Positions 13,461-26,289 of a DNA stretch of 64,000 bases are shown here, piece after piece; position 1 is the first letter of the stretch; every line of letters begins with the position of its first letter. Below the pieces are notes generated by a model. The model was not told the origin of the DNA and ran no database searches. It worked only from the letters and a program-made list of their open reading frames with translations. Origin of the DNA: Mustelus asterias (Eukaryota); assembly GCF_964213995.1 (NCBI RefSeq), contig NC_135811.1, forward strand, positions 16,306,001-16,370,000. The letters are read 5' to 3'. The translations under genes and the position numbers were made by a program.

Positions 13461-14924
13461 AGTATTGTATATTCTATTAGGTAGTTTTAAAGACTAAATT
13501 TTAAAATATGCATCTTTGATAAGTTACATAGAACATTACAGCGCAGTACAGGCCCTTCGGCCCTCGATGTTGCGCCGACCAGTGGAACCAATCTAAAGCC
13601 CCTCTAATCTACACTATTCCAATATCATCCATATGTTTATCCAATGTTTACCTCTTGCATTTTTAGAATCCTTTGAAATGTTTTTGAATATCCTAAAATG
13701 GCTACTATTTTCAGTCAATTTAAAGAAAGTTTTGTCATAATATTTCAAGGGACAGTGACTGAATCATATGGGTTTGTTTCTATTTCACAATATTCCACGA
13801 GGCAGCATTGACCTGCGGGATGACACACTGTACAGGTGTTGCTGGAAACTACACAGGTTTGAACGTGGGCAGAGGGAAAGCAGTCTTGCATTTATATAGC
13901 GCCTTTCATGACCTGATGATGCCCCAAAATGCTTTACAGCCAATTAAGTACTTTTGAAATGTAGTCACTGCTGTGACGCAAGGCATTTGTTTGACTTTGA
14001 TACATGTGCACCACCTCCCCCCTCCCCTCCCACCCGCCCCAAAGGCTACACAGCATGTGAATGCTTAGGATTTCTATTTATAACATTCAGGGCTATGGGC
14101 CAGGTACTGGCAGATGGGATTAGATGGGAGTTCAGGTGATTCTAATGTGTTGGTGTGGACTTGATGGGCCGAAGGGCCTCTTCAGCCCTGTATGATTCTA
14201 TGATTCTATTAAATTCATCTTTAAATGAAAAAAGATTAACACTAATTATTGAGAAAGCAGGTACTGTAACAATAACTGTTGATACTCATTAGTTTCAAAG
14301 CCATTACTTGGAATTTTGGAAGTGGATTGTTAATTGTTAAAAAAACTGGTAATGTCCTAAACCTTTTTTTCAAACATGGATCACTGCCTATACTTTCACA
14401 TCAGCCCTGACTCTGGGTAACACACTTGATTGTGAGTCAAAGGGCCTTGGGTTCAATCACAGAATCATTTTAGGGCAGAAAGAGGCCATTTAGCCCATCG
14501 TGTCTGCACCAGCTCTCCGAATAAGCAGTTCACTTAGTGCCATTCTCCTGCCTTCTCCCCATAACCCTGCACACTCTTCCTTTTCAGATAACAGTCCAAT
14601 TCCTCTTTGAACCTGCCTCCGCCACACTCTCAGGCAAAGCATTCCCGATCCTAGCCACTCACAGCACAAAAAGGATTTTTTTACCAACTACTTTTAACTC
14701 TATTCCCTCTCACTCTTGATCCTATCATGAGTGGGAACATCCAAGCCCCTCAAGATTTTAAACATCTCTAACAAATTTCCTCTCAACCTTCTTTTCTTTA
14801 AGCAAAATAGTCCTAACTTCACCAATATATCATCATAACTGAAGTTCCTTATCCCAGAAGCCATTCTCACAAATCTTATCTACATTCTCTCCAATGCCTT
14901 GACATTCTTCCTAAAGTGTAATGG

Positions 14925-15260
14925 TGTAAAGTGGTTAGCACTGCTGCTTCACAGCTCCAGGGACCTGGGTTCGATTCCCGGCTCGGGTCACTGTCTGTGC
15001 GGAGTTTGCACATTCTCCCCGTGTCTGCGTGGGTTTCCTCCCACAGTCCAAAGATGTGCAGGTTAGGTTGATTGGCCAAGCTAAATTGCCCCTTAAGTGT
15101 CCTGGGATGCGTAGATTAGAGGGATTAGCGGGTAAATATGAGGGTTAGAGGGATTAGCAGGTAAATATGTAGGGATATGGGGATAGGGCCTGGGTGGGAT
15201 TGTTGTTGGTGCAGACTCAATGGGCCGAATGGCCTCTTTCTGCACTGTAGGGGTTCTATG
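14925..15260 (+). mobile_element. HE1-like SINE, tail A, with a small internal tandem duplication
   Basis: A/B boxes and V-domain. tagagggattagc(g/a)ggtaaatatg occurs twice at about 15117-15170. Confidence 0.9.
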
Positions 15261-15380
15261 GTAATACCCAGAATTGGAACTCCAGCTGGGGTCAAGGTGG
15301 TGACCTATATGAGTCCAACATAATCCCTTTCCTCTTGTGCTCCACGCCTCTATAAATAAAGTCCAGAATACTATGTTTCA

Positions 15381-15745
15381 TATGATGACACAGTGATTCA
15401 CACTGCTTCCTCACGGCGCCAGGGACCCGGGTTTGATTCTGGCCTTGAGTGACTGTGTGGAGTTTGCACGTTCTCCCTGTGTCTGCATAGATTTCTTCCA
15501 GGTGCTCTGGTTTCCTCCCACAGTCCAAAGATGTGCAGTTTAGGTGGATTGTTTGTACTAAATTGCCCCTTAGTGTCACAAAGATGTGTAGGTTAGGTAG
15601 ATTTGCCTTGGTAAATGCACGGGCTTAGGGAGGCAGGGGGATGCGGGAAGAGGGGGAGGGGGGGCATGGGTAAGATGCTCTTTCGAAGAGTCAGCGCAGA
15701 GTTGATGGACTGAATGGCCTCCTTCTGCACTGTAGGGATTTTATG
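15381..15745 (+). mobile_element. HE1-like SINE, tail A
   Basis: Degenerate A/B boxes, V-domain and CR1-type tail. Confidence 0.85.
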
Positions 15746-16035
15746 GATTCATTAACCACTCTTTCAACCTGTCCTACCATCTTCAATGATTTATGCACAT
15801 GTACACCATCCCCTTTAGAGTTACATCCTTTATTTTGTATTGAATCTCCATGCTCTTCTTACCAAAATAACTTGCTCCACATTTCTCTGCATCGAGCTTC
15901 ATCTATTACCTCTACCATTCCACCAATTTGTCTCTGTCCTTTTGAAGTTCACTATCCTTCTCACAGCTCACAATGCTTCCAAACTTTGTATCATCTGTAA
16001 ATCTGAAATTATGCCCTGTACACCTAGATCCAGGT

Positions 16036-16402
16036 TATAGAATCCCTACAGTGCAGAAAGAGGCCATTCAGTCCATCAAGCCTGCACCGACAACAATCTC
16101 ACCAAGGCCCTATCCCTTGGCCCCATGTATTCACCCTGCTAATTTCCTTGACACTAAGGGGCAATTTAGCATGGCCAATCAACACATCTTTGGACAGTGG
16201 GAGGAAACCAGAGCACCCGGAGGTAACGCAGACACAGGGAGAATGTGTAAACTCCACACGGTGACCCAAGGCCGGGATTGAACCTGGGTCTCTGGCGCTG
16301 TGGGGCAGCAGTGCTAACCACTCTGCCACCGTGCTGTCCTAAGGAACTTCTGCAGCGATGTCCTGGAGTGGACAAGAACATGGTGAATGCAGTATAATGC
16401 GA
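16036..16402 (-). mobile_element. HE1-like SINE, tail A, carrying about 63 bp of extra 5' sequence
   Basis: SINE at 16036-16339. Segment 16340-16402 matches 63403-63465. Confidence 0.85.
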
Positions 16403-16729
16403 GGTCATTAATATATATCAGGGAATGCAAGATCCTAACACTGACTGTCAGGGAACTCCACCACAAACCTTCCTCCAGCCTGAAAAACATCGAATAACCA
16501 CTACACTCTGTTTCCTGACACTCAGCCAATTCCGTATCCATGTTACTACTGTTCATTTTATTCCACAAGCTATAACTTTTAAATTCTGTGGCACTGCATC
16601 AAAATCCTTCTAGGAGGCCATGTACATCTCACGAACAGCACTGCCCTCATCAATCTTCTCTGTCACCTCTTCAAAAAAATCTCCAACAAGTTAGTTAAAT
16701 ATTATTTTCCCTCCTGTCCCACACCAATA

Positions 16730-17640
16730 CTTGAAGGGTATGGTCAGTAAGCTCACAGATGACCCAAAGTGTGATAAATAGTGAGGAGGAAAGCCTTAGA
16801 TTGCAGGATGATATGGACACAGTCCGTATGGTCACAGAGCAATGGCAAATGGAATCTAACCCTGAAAAGTATGAGGTGACATTTTCAGAGGACTAACAGG
16901 GCAAGAGAATATACAATGAACGTTAGGATGCCAGGAGGTACAGAGGATCAGATGGACCTTGGGATGCAGATCCATAAGTCCCTGAAAGCAGCAGGACAGG
17001 TAGATAAGGTAGTCAAGAAGGCATATGGGATACTTGCCTTTATGAGCCGAGATATAGAATATAAGAGCAGAGGTTATGATGGAGCTGCATAAAACATTCA
17101 TTAGGCCACAGCTAGTGTACTATTTGCAGTTCTGGTCACCATATATCGGAAGGACGTGATTGCACTAGAGAGGATGCAGAGGAGATTCACCAGGATGTTG
17201 CCTGGGCTGGAACATTTTAGCAATGAAAAGAGACTGGTTAGGCTGAGGTTGTTTTCCTCAAAGCAGAGAAGGCTGAGGGGGGAACCTGACTGAGCCATAC
17301 AAAATTATGAAAGACATTGATAGGATAGATAGGAAGAAATCTTTTTCTCTTGGTTGAGGGGTCAATAACCGGGGGGGGGCGGGTGCAGAGATTTAAAATG
17401 GGCAGGAAATTTAGAGGGGATTTAAGGGAACATTTTTTCACCTAGAGGGTGGTGGGAATCTGGAACTCTCTGCCTGAAAGGGTGGTAGAAGCAGGAACCC
17501 TCACAACATTTAAGGAGCATTTAGATGAGCACTTGAAATACCATAAGCATACAAGACCAAGTGCTGGAAAATGGAATTAGAATAGATAGGTGCTTGATGG
17601 CTGGCACAGACACAAGAGCCTCTTGCTGTGCTGTAAAACT
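16730..17640 (+). mobile_element. Decayed CR1 LINE 3' portion
   Basis: Frameshifted RT C-terminus (...RRFTRMLPGL..., ...RVVGIWNSLP) and 3' UTR. Confidence 0.8.
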
Positions 17641-18388
17641 CTATGTCAATGACTTGAGCATATTGAGGAAGTGCTGCACTGTTAGGGGTGTCCCATGGGA
17701 TCTTGAGCCCAGACTCTGTGCGCGGATCACTGGAGAGCGTAAGATCCGCAGAGAACTGGAAATCGTGAATCTCGCTGGTGAGATCGCAATTTCTAATTTA
17801 ACTCCCCCTTGCTGGTGACGTAGTCAGGTTCACGTCCATGATGGGTGAGGACCTCATGTTATTACATTTAAATACATTTCAATATAATTATCCAGCCGCC
17901 TGCCACATGATTCCCCCTCACTAAATGTTCATATCTCGCCAACATCAGATTTGGTCAGATGTAAACCTGTTGAGGGGATCCCTCTGGGGATGCAGAGGTA
18001 AGTATAGCCCCCAGGGGAGAGGGACATGGCCAGGCCGTGCCCTGCCAATGCCTGCGGGCACAGGTCAGGGGCAGGGGCAGGTCCTAGTGGGAGCTCCATG
18101 GGGAGGGTGGGGGAGAGCAGTCACTGAGGGTTTGCAATGCCGGCGATGACTGTGGGGTGGGGGGGGTAGGAACCCCCAATTCCTCTGTGGCAGGGGTTAA
18201 TTTTTATTTCTGATTGGGGTGCCCCGCCTGTTGCCAGCTGAGTCTCAGAGTAATCCATACCCGCTCATTTTTTTTCTTTAAAAGAGGCTCAGAATTTGGA
18301 GAGAAAACTGGTCTGTGCAACCGCAGAATTGCACGTCAGCTTTATGATTGAGCTTGACGCTTTGTCAAATTCTGATCAGATCGCTCCC

Positions 18389-18548
18389 ATCATCTTTCAG
18401 ATGAGAGGTTAAACCCAAGGTCCTCTCTGCTCCCTAATGTGGACGTAGAAGATTCCATGGAACTATTTTGAAGAGTGGGGGAATCTCCCTGGAATTCTGG
18501 ACAATAGATTTTCTGGTCATTATCGCATTGCTGTTGGAGTTTGCTGTG
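18389..18548 (+). mobile_element. Deu-domain SINE (SacSINE1/AmnSINE1-like) fragment; its tail resumes at about 21460-21550
   Basis: tctttcagatgagaggttaaacc...gtggacgtagaagattccatggaactattttgaagag resembles the Deu domain as I recall it. The tail ggctataaagtgttt...aatgcaggttctttc lies on the far side of the CR1 insertion. Other fragments at about 5250, 6130-6400(-), 13880(-) and 55585. Confidence 0.65.
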
Positions 18549-21455
18549 AACATAGAACAGTACAGCACAGAACAGGCCCTTTGGCCCACGATGTTGTGCC
18601 GAGCTTTATCTGAAACCAAGATCAAGCTATCCCACTCCCGATCGTCCTGGTGTGCTCCATGTGCCTATCCAATAACCGCTTAAATGTTCCTAAAGTGTCT
18701 GACTCCACTATCACTGCAGGCAGTCCATTCCACACCCCAACCACTCTCTGCGTAAAGAACCTACCTCTGATATCCTTCCTATATCTCCCACCACGAACCC
18801 TATAGTTATGCCCCCTTGTAATAGCTCCATCCACACGAGGAAATAGTCTTTGAACATTCACTCTATCTATCCCCTTCATCATTTTATAAACCTCTATTAA
18901 GTCTCCCCTCAGCCTCCTCCGCTCCAGAGAGAACAGCCCTAGCTCCCTCAACCTTTCCTCATAAGACCTACCCTCCAAACCAGGCAGCATCCTGGTAAAT
19001 CTCCTCTGCACTCTTTCCAGCGCTTCCACATCCTTCTTATAGTGAGGTGACCAGAACTGCACACAATATTCCAAATGTGGTCTCACCAAGGTCCTGTACA
19101 GTTGCAGCATAACCCCACTGCTCTTAAACTCCAACTCCCTGTTAATAAAAGCTAACACACGATAGGCCTTCTTCACAGCTCTATCCACTTGAGTGGCAAC
19201 CGTTAGAGATCTGTGGATATGGACCCCAAGATCTCTTTGTTCCTCCACAGTCTTCAGAACTCTACCTTTGACCCTGTAATCCACATTTAAATTAGTCCTA
19301 CCAAAATGAATCACCTCACATTTATCAGGGTTAAACTCCATTTGCCATCCTATCTATGTCTCTTTGCAGCCTACAACAGCCCTCCACCTCATCCACTACT
19401 CCACCAATCTTGGTGTCATCAGCAAATTTACTGATCCACCCTTCAGCCCCCTCCTCTAAGTCGTTAATAAAAATCACAAAGAGCAGAGGACCAAGCACTG
19501 ATCCCTGTGGCACTCCGCTAGCAACCTGCCTCCAATCCGAAAATTTTCCATCCACCACCACCCTCTGTCTTCGATCAGACAGCCAGTTACCTATCCAATC
19601 GGCCAACTTTCCCTCTATCCCACACCTCCTCACTTTCATCATAAGCCGACCATGGGGGACCTTATCAAACGCCTTACTAAAATCCATGTATATGACATCA
19701 ACTGCCCTACCTTCATCAACACACTTAGTTACCTCCTCAAAAAATTCTATCAAATTTGTGAGGCACGACTTGCCCTTCACGAATCCGTGCTGACTATCCC
19801 GGATTAATCCGCATCTTTCTAAATGGCCGTAAATCCCATCCCTAAGGACCTTTTCCATCAATTTACCAACCACCGAAGTAAGACTAACCGGTCTATAATT
19901 ACCAGGGTCATTTCTATTCCCTTTCTTAAACAGAGGAACAACATTCGCCATTCTCCAGTCCTCTGGCACTATCCCCGTGGACAGCGAGGACCCAAAGATC
20001 AAAGCCAAAGGCTCTGCAATCTCATCCCTTGCCTCCCAAAGAATCCTAGGATACATTTCATCAGGCCCAGGGGACTTATCGACCTTCAGTTTATTCAAAA
20101 CTGTCAGGACATCCTCCCTCCGAACATCTATTTCCTCCAGCCTATTAGCCTGTAACACCTTCTCTTCCTCAAAAACATGGCCCCTCTCCTTGGTGAACAC
20201 TGAAGAAAAGTATTCATTCATCACCTCGCCTATCTCTACTGACTCCATACACAAGTTCCCACTACTGTCCTTGACCAGCCCTAACCTCACCCTGGTCATT
20301 CTTTTATTCTTCACATAAGAATAAAAAGCCTTGGGGTTTTCCTTGATCCGACCCGCCAAGGACTTCTCATGTCCCCTCCTAGCTCTCCTAAGCCCCTTTT
20401 TCAGCTCATTCCTTGCTAACTTGTAACCCTCAATCGAGCCATCTGAACCTTGTTTCCTCATCCCTACATAAGCTTCCCTCTTCCTTTTCACAAGACATTC
20501 CACCTCTTTCGTGAACCATGGTTCCCTCACTCGGCCATTTCCTCCCTGCCTGACAGGGACATACCTATCAAGGACACCCAGCATTTGTTCCTTGAAAAAG
20601 TTCCACTTTTCATTAGTTCCTTTCCCTGACAGTTTCTGTTCCCAACTTATGCCCCCTAATTCTTGCCTAATCGCATCATAATTACCTCTCCCCCAATTGT
20701 AAACCTTGCCCTGCCGTACGGCCCTATCCCTCTCCATTGCAATAACAAAAGACACCGAATTGTGGTCACTATCTCCAAAGTGCTCTCCCACAACCAAATC
20801 TAACACTTGGCCCGGTTCATTTCCCAGTACCAAATCCAATGTGGCCTCACCTCTTGTCGGCCTATCCACATATTGTGTCAGGAAACCCTCCTGCACACAC
20901 TGCACAAAAACTGCCCCATCCGAACTATTTGACCTACAAAGGTTCCAATCAATATTTGGAAAGTTAAAGTCCCCCATGACAACTACCCTGTGACCCCCAC
21001 ACATTTCCATAATCTGCTTAGCAATTTCTTCCTCCACATCTCTATTACTATTTGGGAGCCTATAGTAAACTCCTAACAACGTGACCGCTCCTTTCCTATT
21101 TCTAACCTCAGCCCATATTACCTCAGTGTGCAGATCCCCCTCGAAGTGCCTTTCCGCAGCCGTTAAACTATCCTTGATTAACAATGCCACTCCTCCACCT
21201 CTTTTACCAGCTTCCCTACACTTACTGAAACATCTATACCCCGGAACGTCCAACAACCATTCCTGTCCTTGTTCTACCCATGTCTCCGTAATGGCCACAA
21301 CATCGTAGTCCCAAGTACCAATCCACGCCCCAAGTTCATCTACCTTGTTCCGGATGCTCCTTGCATTGAAGTAGACACACTTCAACCCACCTTCCTGTCT
21401 ACCGGTACCCACCCTTGACCCTGATACCTTCCCCAATACCTCACCACCCTCACTG
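18549..21455 (-). mobile_element. CR1 (HER1-like) LINE with near-complete ORF2 (APE endonuclease + RT), one frameshift
   Basis: ORF 19331-21436 (YFNARSI, ITETW, GDFN, SDH; RT FADD) continues in ORF 18622-19341. Same subfamily as 844-2497. Confidence 0.95.
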
Positions 21456-21819
21456 ACTTCAGAAGTAGTTAATTGGCTATAAAGTGTTTCAATATATCCC
21501 TGAGATTGTGAATTGTGAGCGGCACTGCAAAAATGCAGGTTCTTTCTTTATGACCAGTTAGTTCGTTGAGCTATTAAAAGGGTCTGTTAATAACCAGGTA
21601 TCTCCGTGTAAATCACCAATGAGGAGATGGGGAGAGAAACTAAATATCTCCATTTATTTTCAGTGCAGTGGGGTGCACATCCAACTCCACTTCACTCACC
21701 AACGGCAAAATCAGTTGACGATCCCCTGGCGTGTTCTCGATTTCCCTTACATATGGTGGAAATATTAAATTCAGCAGAGGACTGGGAACAGGTCACTCCT
21801 CTTCCTCTCCAGCCGCCAT

Positions 21820-22513
21820 GGTTTTAAGTAACGTGGTGAAGCAGAGATAACTAAAGAAAATTACTTCAAACAGGACAGAGGGCGGGGCGGAGAGACCCGT
21901 CTTACAAACGCCAACTTCTCAAATCTTTTTTTTAGAAATGTTTTAGGTTCCTGCACATGTAACACGATACAAAAGAACAAATCAGTGAAGTGGCGAGCTT
22001 GCTACAATATGCAACAAATGTGTATATATTGACAGTCTTTACAAGGTGCTGAAGTAAGATTAAAGGCAGGGGAATAAATCAGTTTGCAAACTCTGGAATT
22101 AAAACAGAGGCGCATTGAAGTGTCTTTTTACAGAAAAATCACAGTTTCCTTTTTTCAGGTTAATCAAAAATATTTTTATAGATTGACCAAATGTAACATT
22201 AAACTCGATACTTTTGTGGGTTAGCGTGAGAGCTGCAATTTCAGTAAGAACTGCAATGATCTGACACTTCATGCCCAAGCTGTGTGTGTGTGAGTGGGAT
22301 CGGTTTAATGTTGTGTCTGGATCGAGTTGAGACATGGGCGCTGAAATAACACAGAGTGGCGCGCTGAGGGGGGTTGTGTGTAATTAAAACAAACGGGCAG
22401 AAGCGCGTCCTGGGAGTATTTTCTGTTGGGTTGGATCAGGCGCTGAGACCCGCGGGAATCGCTGCAGAACTCTATTCATCCTCGGGAGCAGACACAAGCA
22501 GCCGGAGTGTATC

Positions 22514-22548
<35 letters not shown>
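21820..22548 (+). promoter_or_regulatory. Candidate distal promoter/5' UTR of MXI1 exon 1a
   Basis: Repeat-free and CpG-enriched, with a GC-box ggcggggcgg (21881-21890) and ACGTG (21831-21835), directly upstream of exon 1a. TSS not determinable. Confidence 0.45.
22514..22548. repeat. Compound (TG)n(AG)n microsatellite abutting the exon 1a ATG
   Basis: tgtgtgtgtgtgtgtgtgtgagagagagagagagaATG. Confidence 0.95.
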
Positions 22549-22783
22549 ATGGGAAAACGCGGAAGGCCCAGGAAAGACGTGTACTTGTCTGTCGTTCATC
22601 CACAGCCCCCCGATAAGCAGCAGCAGGTATTTTCTGGACCTCGGCTGGACTTTGTAACAGCCCCTCTCAATAACATGCTGAACGCAGAGGGGTCTGTGCA
22701 CCAGATCAGCACTTTCTTACAAAATGTCCAAATGTTGCTGGAAGCGGCCAGTCACATAGAAAGGATCGATGCAGAAAACGACA
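22549..22783 (+). CDS. MXI1: MXI1-like alternative first coding exon 1a (MXI1-0/SR-beta type, contains a SID)
   Basis: MGKRGRPRK...HQISTFLQNVQMLLEAASHIERIDAEND matches human MXI1-0 (MGKRGRPRK...[27 protein letters not shown]). 235 nt, phase-1 donor A|gtaagt, in frame with exon 2. Confidence 0.9.
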
Positions 22784-24261
22784 GTAAGTGTGGGGCATTC
22801 CTAACTGTCTGGAAAATGTGCATGGAAAATACACGTGATAGTTTTAAACACACAAACACACACATTTTCTACCGCCTGTACTTTTTTTAAAAAAAGATGT
22901 GGCTGGACTGCTGCAAAGCACAACAGAAAATGAAGTTAACTATTTAGTCATCGACTGAAATCCCAAGGTTTTTAGGGTATTAATGCGTGTTTTATTGAAC
23001 CTTCCACAGCACAGGTGTGGTGTTTGTTCTACACAGCAGCTTATATCTATATATATTTAAAGTTAGGAAAATATTACAATTTGGGATTACGATTAAAAAC
23101 ATTTTGGAAGAAAAGCTTAGTTTTCATCGGAGCAAAGTACTATAGATGTTATGATTATGTTACTCTATGTATTGCGTACGAACAAAAATGTAGAATAAAT
23201 AGACGCCGCTGTGCAAAGAAAGACGAGTTTTAGGCAGTGCATCGAGTTGCTGCTTTTAGCTTTGAACGGATGGGACGTGAACAATGTAATTTTTGTTTTA
23301 GGGCCAGCACCCTCGATTAGTGTAATGAATATATTCACCAGAAAAAATTTCGCTTTGGACTTACAGATCCGTATGAAAGGGACGAATAAATATAACGTGC
23401 CGTTCAGTAAAAAAGCTCAGTTACTTTTGTAACTGGGGAGAAAAGAAAATCACAAAATCAATCTCTTGTTAGCGTCTTTCATCTCTGAAAAGTACCAGAG
23501 GCAAAAGGACAAAGGTTGTCTACTGTTAAACTCCCTGTCTCGTCTTTCTCGAGTTGTCTGTAACCACACAGAGACAAGGACATATACAAAGTGCCACTGA
23601 ACAGCATGAAGTGTTTTGCCTTCGAATTATCAGCATCCCCTTAATACTTTTTTTTGAAGTTCAGTATCATTGTTTGGCGACTCTGATTCTGAGTATGTGA
23701 ATGACAGGTAATTTTTCAGTGCAAGTCTATACATTCTTTTCGCCACGTGTTTTGGAAACCACGGGCAAGGGATACATACATAGCCAACCGGGGGGGGGGG
23801 GGCGTTGTAACACGCAGCAGATGTCTGGGACTCTCCCCACCCCCAGCCAACCCGGCAACAATGCACCCATAAACACAAGTCATATTTATCCGCAATCTAC
23901 ACCGCTGATTTGTATTTATTTAAAATAAATTAATTAGATGTGTCTTTCCTCAGGAGGACGTTACGCTTTATTAAATGTCAAGGCGACAATGGCACATGCT
24001 AGAACAAACATGAAGGCTTTTGTGCATCGCTTAGAGATGATGCATGGGTTGCGTCTTTGTAAAGAAATGCTACTGCTCTGGTTACCGGAACACCAAGTGA
24101 ACAGGACCGAGTCCAGTTATTAAAACCCAGAGAACCAGTGTTTTCTCTCTCAATCGACTTTGACAGATAGAATACACGAGTTTTAATACGCAGGTCTCTC
24201 TAATACAATGAAGGGGAATGGATACATTGCTGCAGATTTAACAGCAAAGAAAAAAACCACC

Positions 24262-24372
24262 AAATCTGAAATAGAAACAGAAAATGCTGGAAATGCTCAG
24301 CAAGTCATGCAACATCGCATGGAAAGAGAAACAAGAATTAACGTTTCAGGTCGATGACCTTTTGTTAGAAAT
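24262..24372 (-). mobile_element. Penelope-like short repeat with a decayed minimal hammerhead
   Basis: Reverse complement ctaacaa-aaggtc-atc-gacct-gaaa-cgtt follows the CUGANGA/stem II/GAAA layout with a mutated core. Related copies at about 5740-5850, 30780-30915 and 58348-58420. Confidence 0.55.
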
Positions 24373-24399
24373 GTTTAGAGTTCAGTCGTTTCCGTCAAG

Positions 24400-24682
24400 T
24401 GGGATAAGGGACAAACCTTTTAGAACCGAGGTGAGAGTTTTCTTCACCCAGAGAGTGGTGAATGTGTGGAATTCACTACCACAGAAAGTAGTTGAGGCCA
24501 AAACGTTGTCTAATTTCAAGAAGAAATTAGATATAGCTCTTGGGGCTAAAGGGATCAGGGGATTATGGGGGAAGGGGGGAAAATCAGGATATTGAATTTG
24601 ATGATCAGCCATGATCAAAATGAATGGTGGAGCAGGCTCGAAGGGCCAAATGGCCTACTCCTGCTTCTAGTTTCTATGTTTC
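24400..24682 (+). mobile_element. CR1 3' fragment
   Basis: FFTQRVVNVWNSLPQKVVEA plus 3' UTR. Confidence 0.85.
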
Positions 24683-26289
24683 TAAGCATATCTATAATTG
24701 GACTCCACTCGACCAACAAGTTGTTTTTAAACTTTGTTTCAAGATGACTATAACCTAGTCTGCATGATCTTGCAACAGTTCAAAGTTAATATTACAATCT
24801 GAGAACATTGCTTCATTTGCATTACATTGTGCTTGGTTTAAAAAAAAGACCATTACAATTGATTTTGATAGAATTCAGTGGAAAAAAGCAGCATATCTTT
24901 CACATTTGAGTTTGTTCTTGCAAATTTTACTTCCCCCCCCTCCCCCCCCCCACATGCATCAGATACTGACAGTCATCTCACCAGTTCACCGCTTTTAGTG
25001 TTCTGCTAGCTTGTGAGGCTGTAGAGGTTTGTGATATTCTGTAGATTAATAGGCAGGCCAGAGGGAAATGGTTTTCAGGTCAATCCTTGCAGCTTGGATG
25101 ACAGATGATCAAATCCAGCACATGCACTATTGAAGGTGGAATTCTGGTTACCCAACAGAATTTCACTTCAGTTCGGGGGGTAGGTGGGGGGGGGGGGGGG
25201 GGGGGAGGGCGGTGGTTTATACATCCAGGGTCTGTAGCCATTGGGTCTTGAATATCAATAATATGCAACTTGGTAGGGCATTGCTTATTTTTTTCTTTAC
25301 CACCTCTTGATCCATTTCTCTCCTACTCTATTCAAGTTGGCAGTGTCCTACACTAAGACCCTTAGCTCTCACTCAGGGATGTATTTACAATGTAAGCTTA
25401 GTATTGATATGAGGTGATTTTTTTTAGAAAAGGTAAACCTGCATCATGTAAAGCCACAAGGAAGCATAATGAAATTCCCTCTACCAGGATTTAGGTTGTA
25501 TTTATATTACAGCTGCAATGATAGTAAAACTGCATCACATTCGTAATGCAAGAACATCTTGGGTTTCTCAATTTATTAAAAAAATTGTGCTTTAGTGCCA
25601 GTGTAATAACACAGGTTCCTGTTTCCATGCTAATGCGAATGAGAATCAAGAGAAATATGATGTGTAGAGAATTTGTTATCATCTGAAGTAAAAGTGTCTC
25701 ATTAGGCCCTGTTTCTGTGCTGTATGACTGTGATGCTACAAGGTAAAGAAGAAAGGGGAGAAAATCATGTTTAAACACCTTGTGGTTACCACTCAAAGTC
25801 ACGGACTGAGGCCTATAACAGATGTCCACTGTGTGCATAGCCTGACTAGACAATTAAAACATTCTTTAAATGGGAGAAATAGTGTAATTAATTAAATCAC
25901 AAGTTGAACTGTATTAATGAATCAAAATTTGTTGTTTTTATTTCCTTAGTTCTTCTTGAGAACTGAGAGTTATAGTAGTATAATGGTCATTCAATGTGGG
26001 GAATTGCATTTTTGAGGAGTGAAAAGGAGTGACACTGTCATTTGGCATGTGATCTTAATACCTGTTCACACCATGCGTGCACATGAGGTTTAATCTTTTG
26101 TCCATTTTTTGGCAAAGTGGAGATGAGAGCAGCTTGCAAGTTAGTGGAGTGCTTTATTTCCATGGTTACTGAATGGTGGTGGATATTATGTAAATACACA
26201 CAAGGATGTTTACCTGTAGTAAGAAAGCGTGTTAGGCATTTTCTACTAAAATTAGTGTATATGGCTAAAACAGTGTGGCCAAGGAGAAC

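Larger units (their letters stand above)
14460..16710 (-). mobile_element. Old CR1 relic interrupted by three HE1-like SINEs
   Basis: Decayed CR1 3' UTR and RT segments between SINEs at about 14925-15260(+), 15381-15745(+) and 16036-16339(-). Confidence 0.75.
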
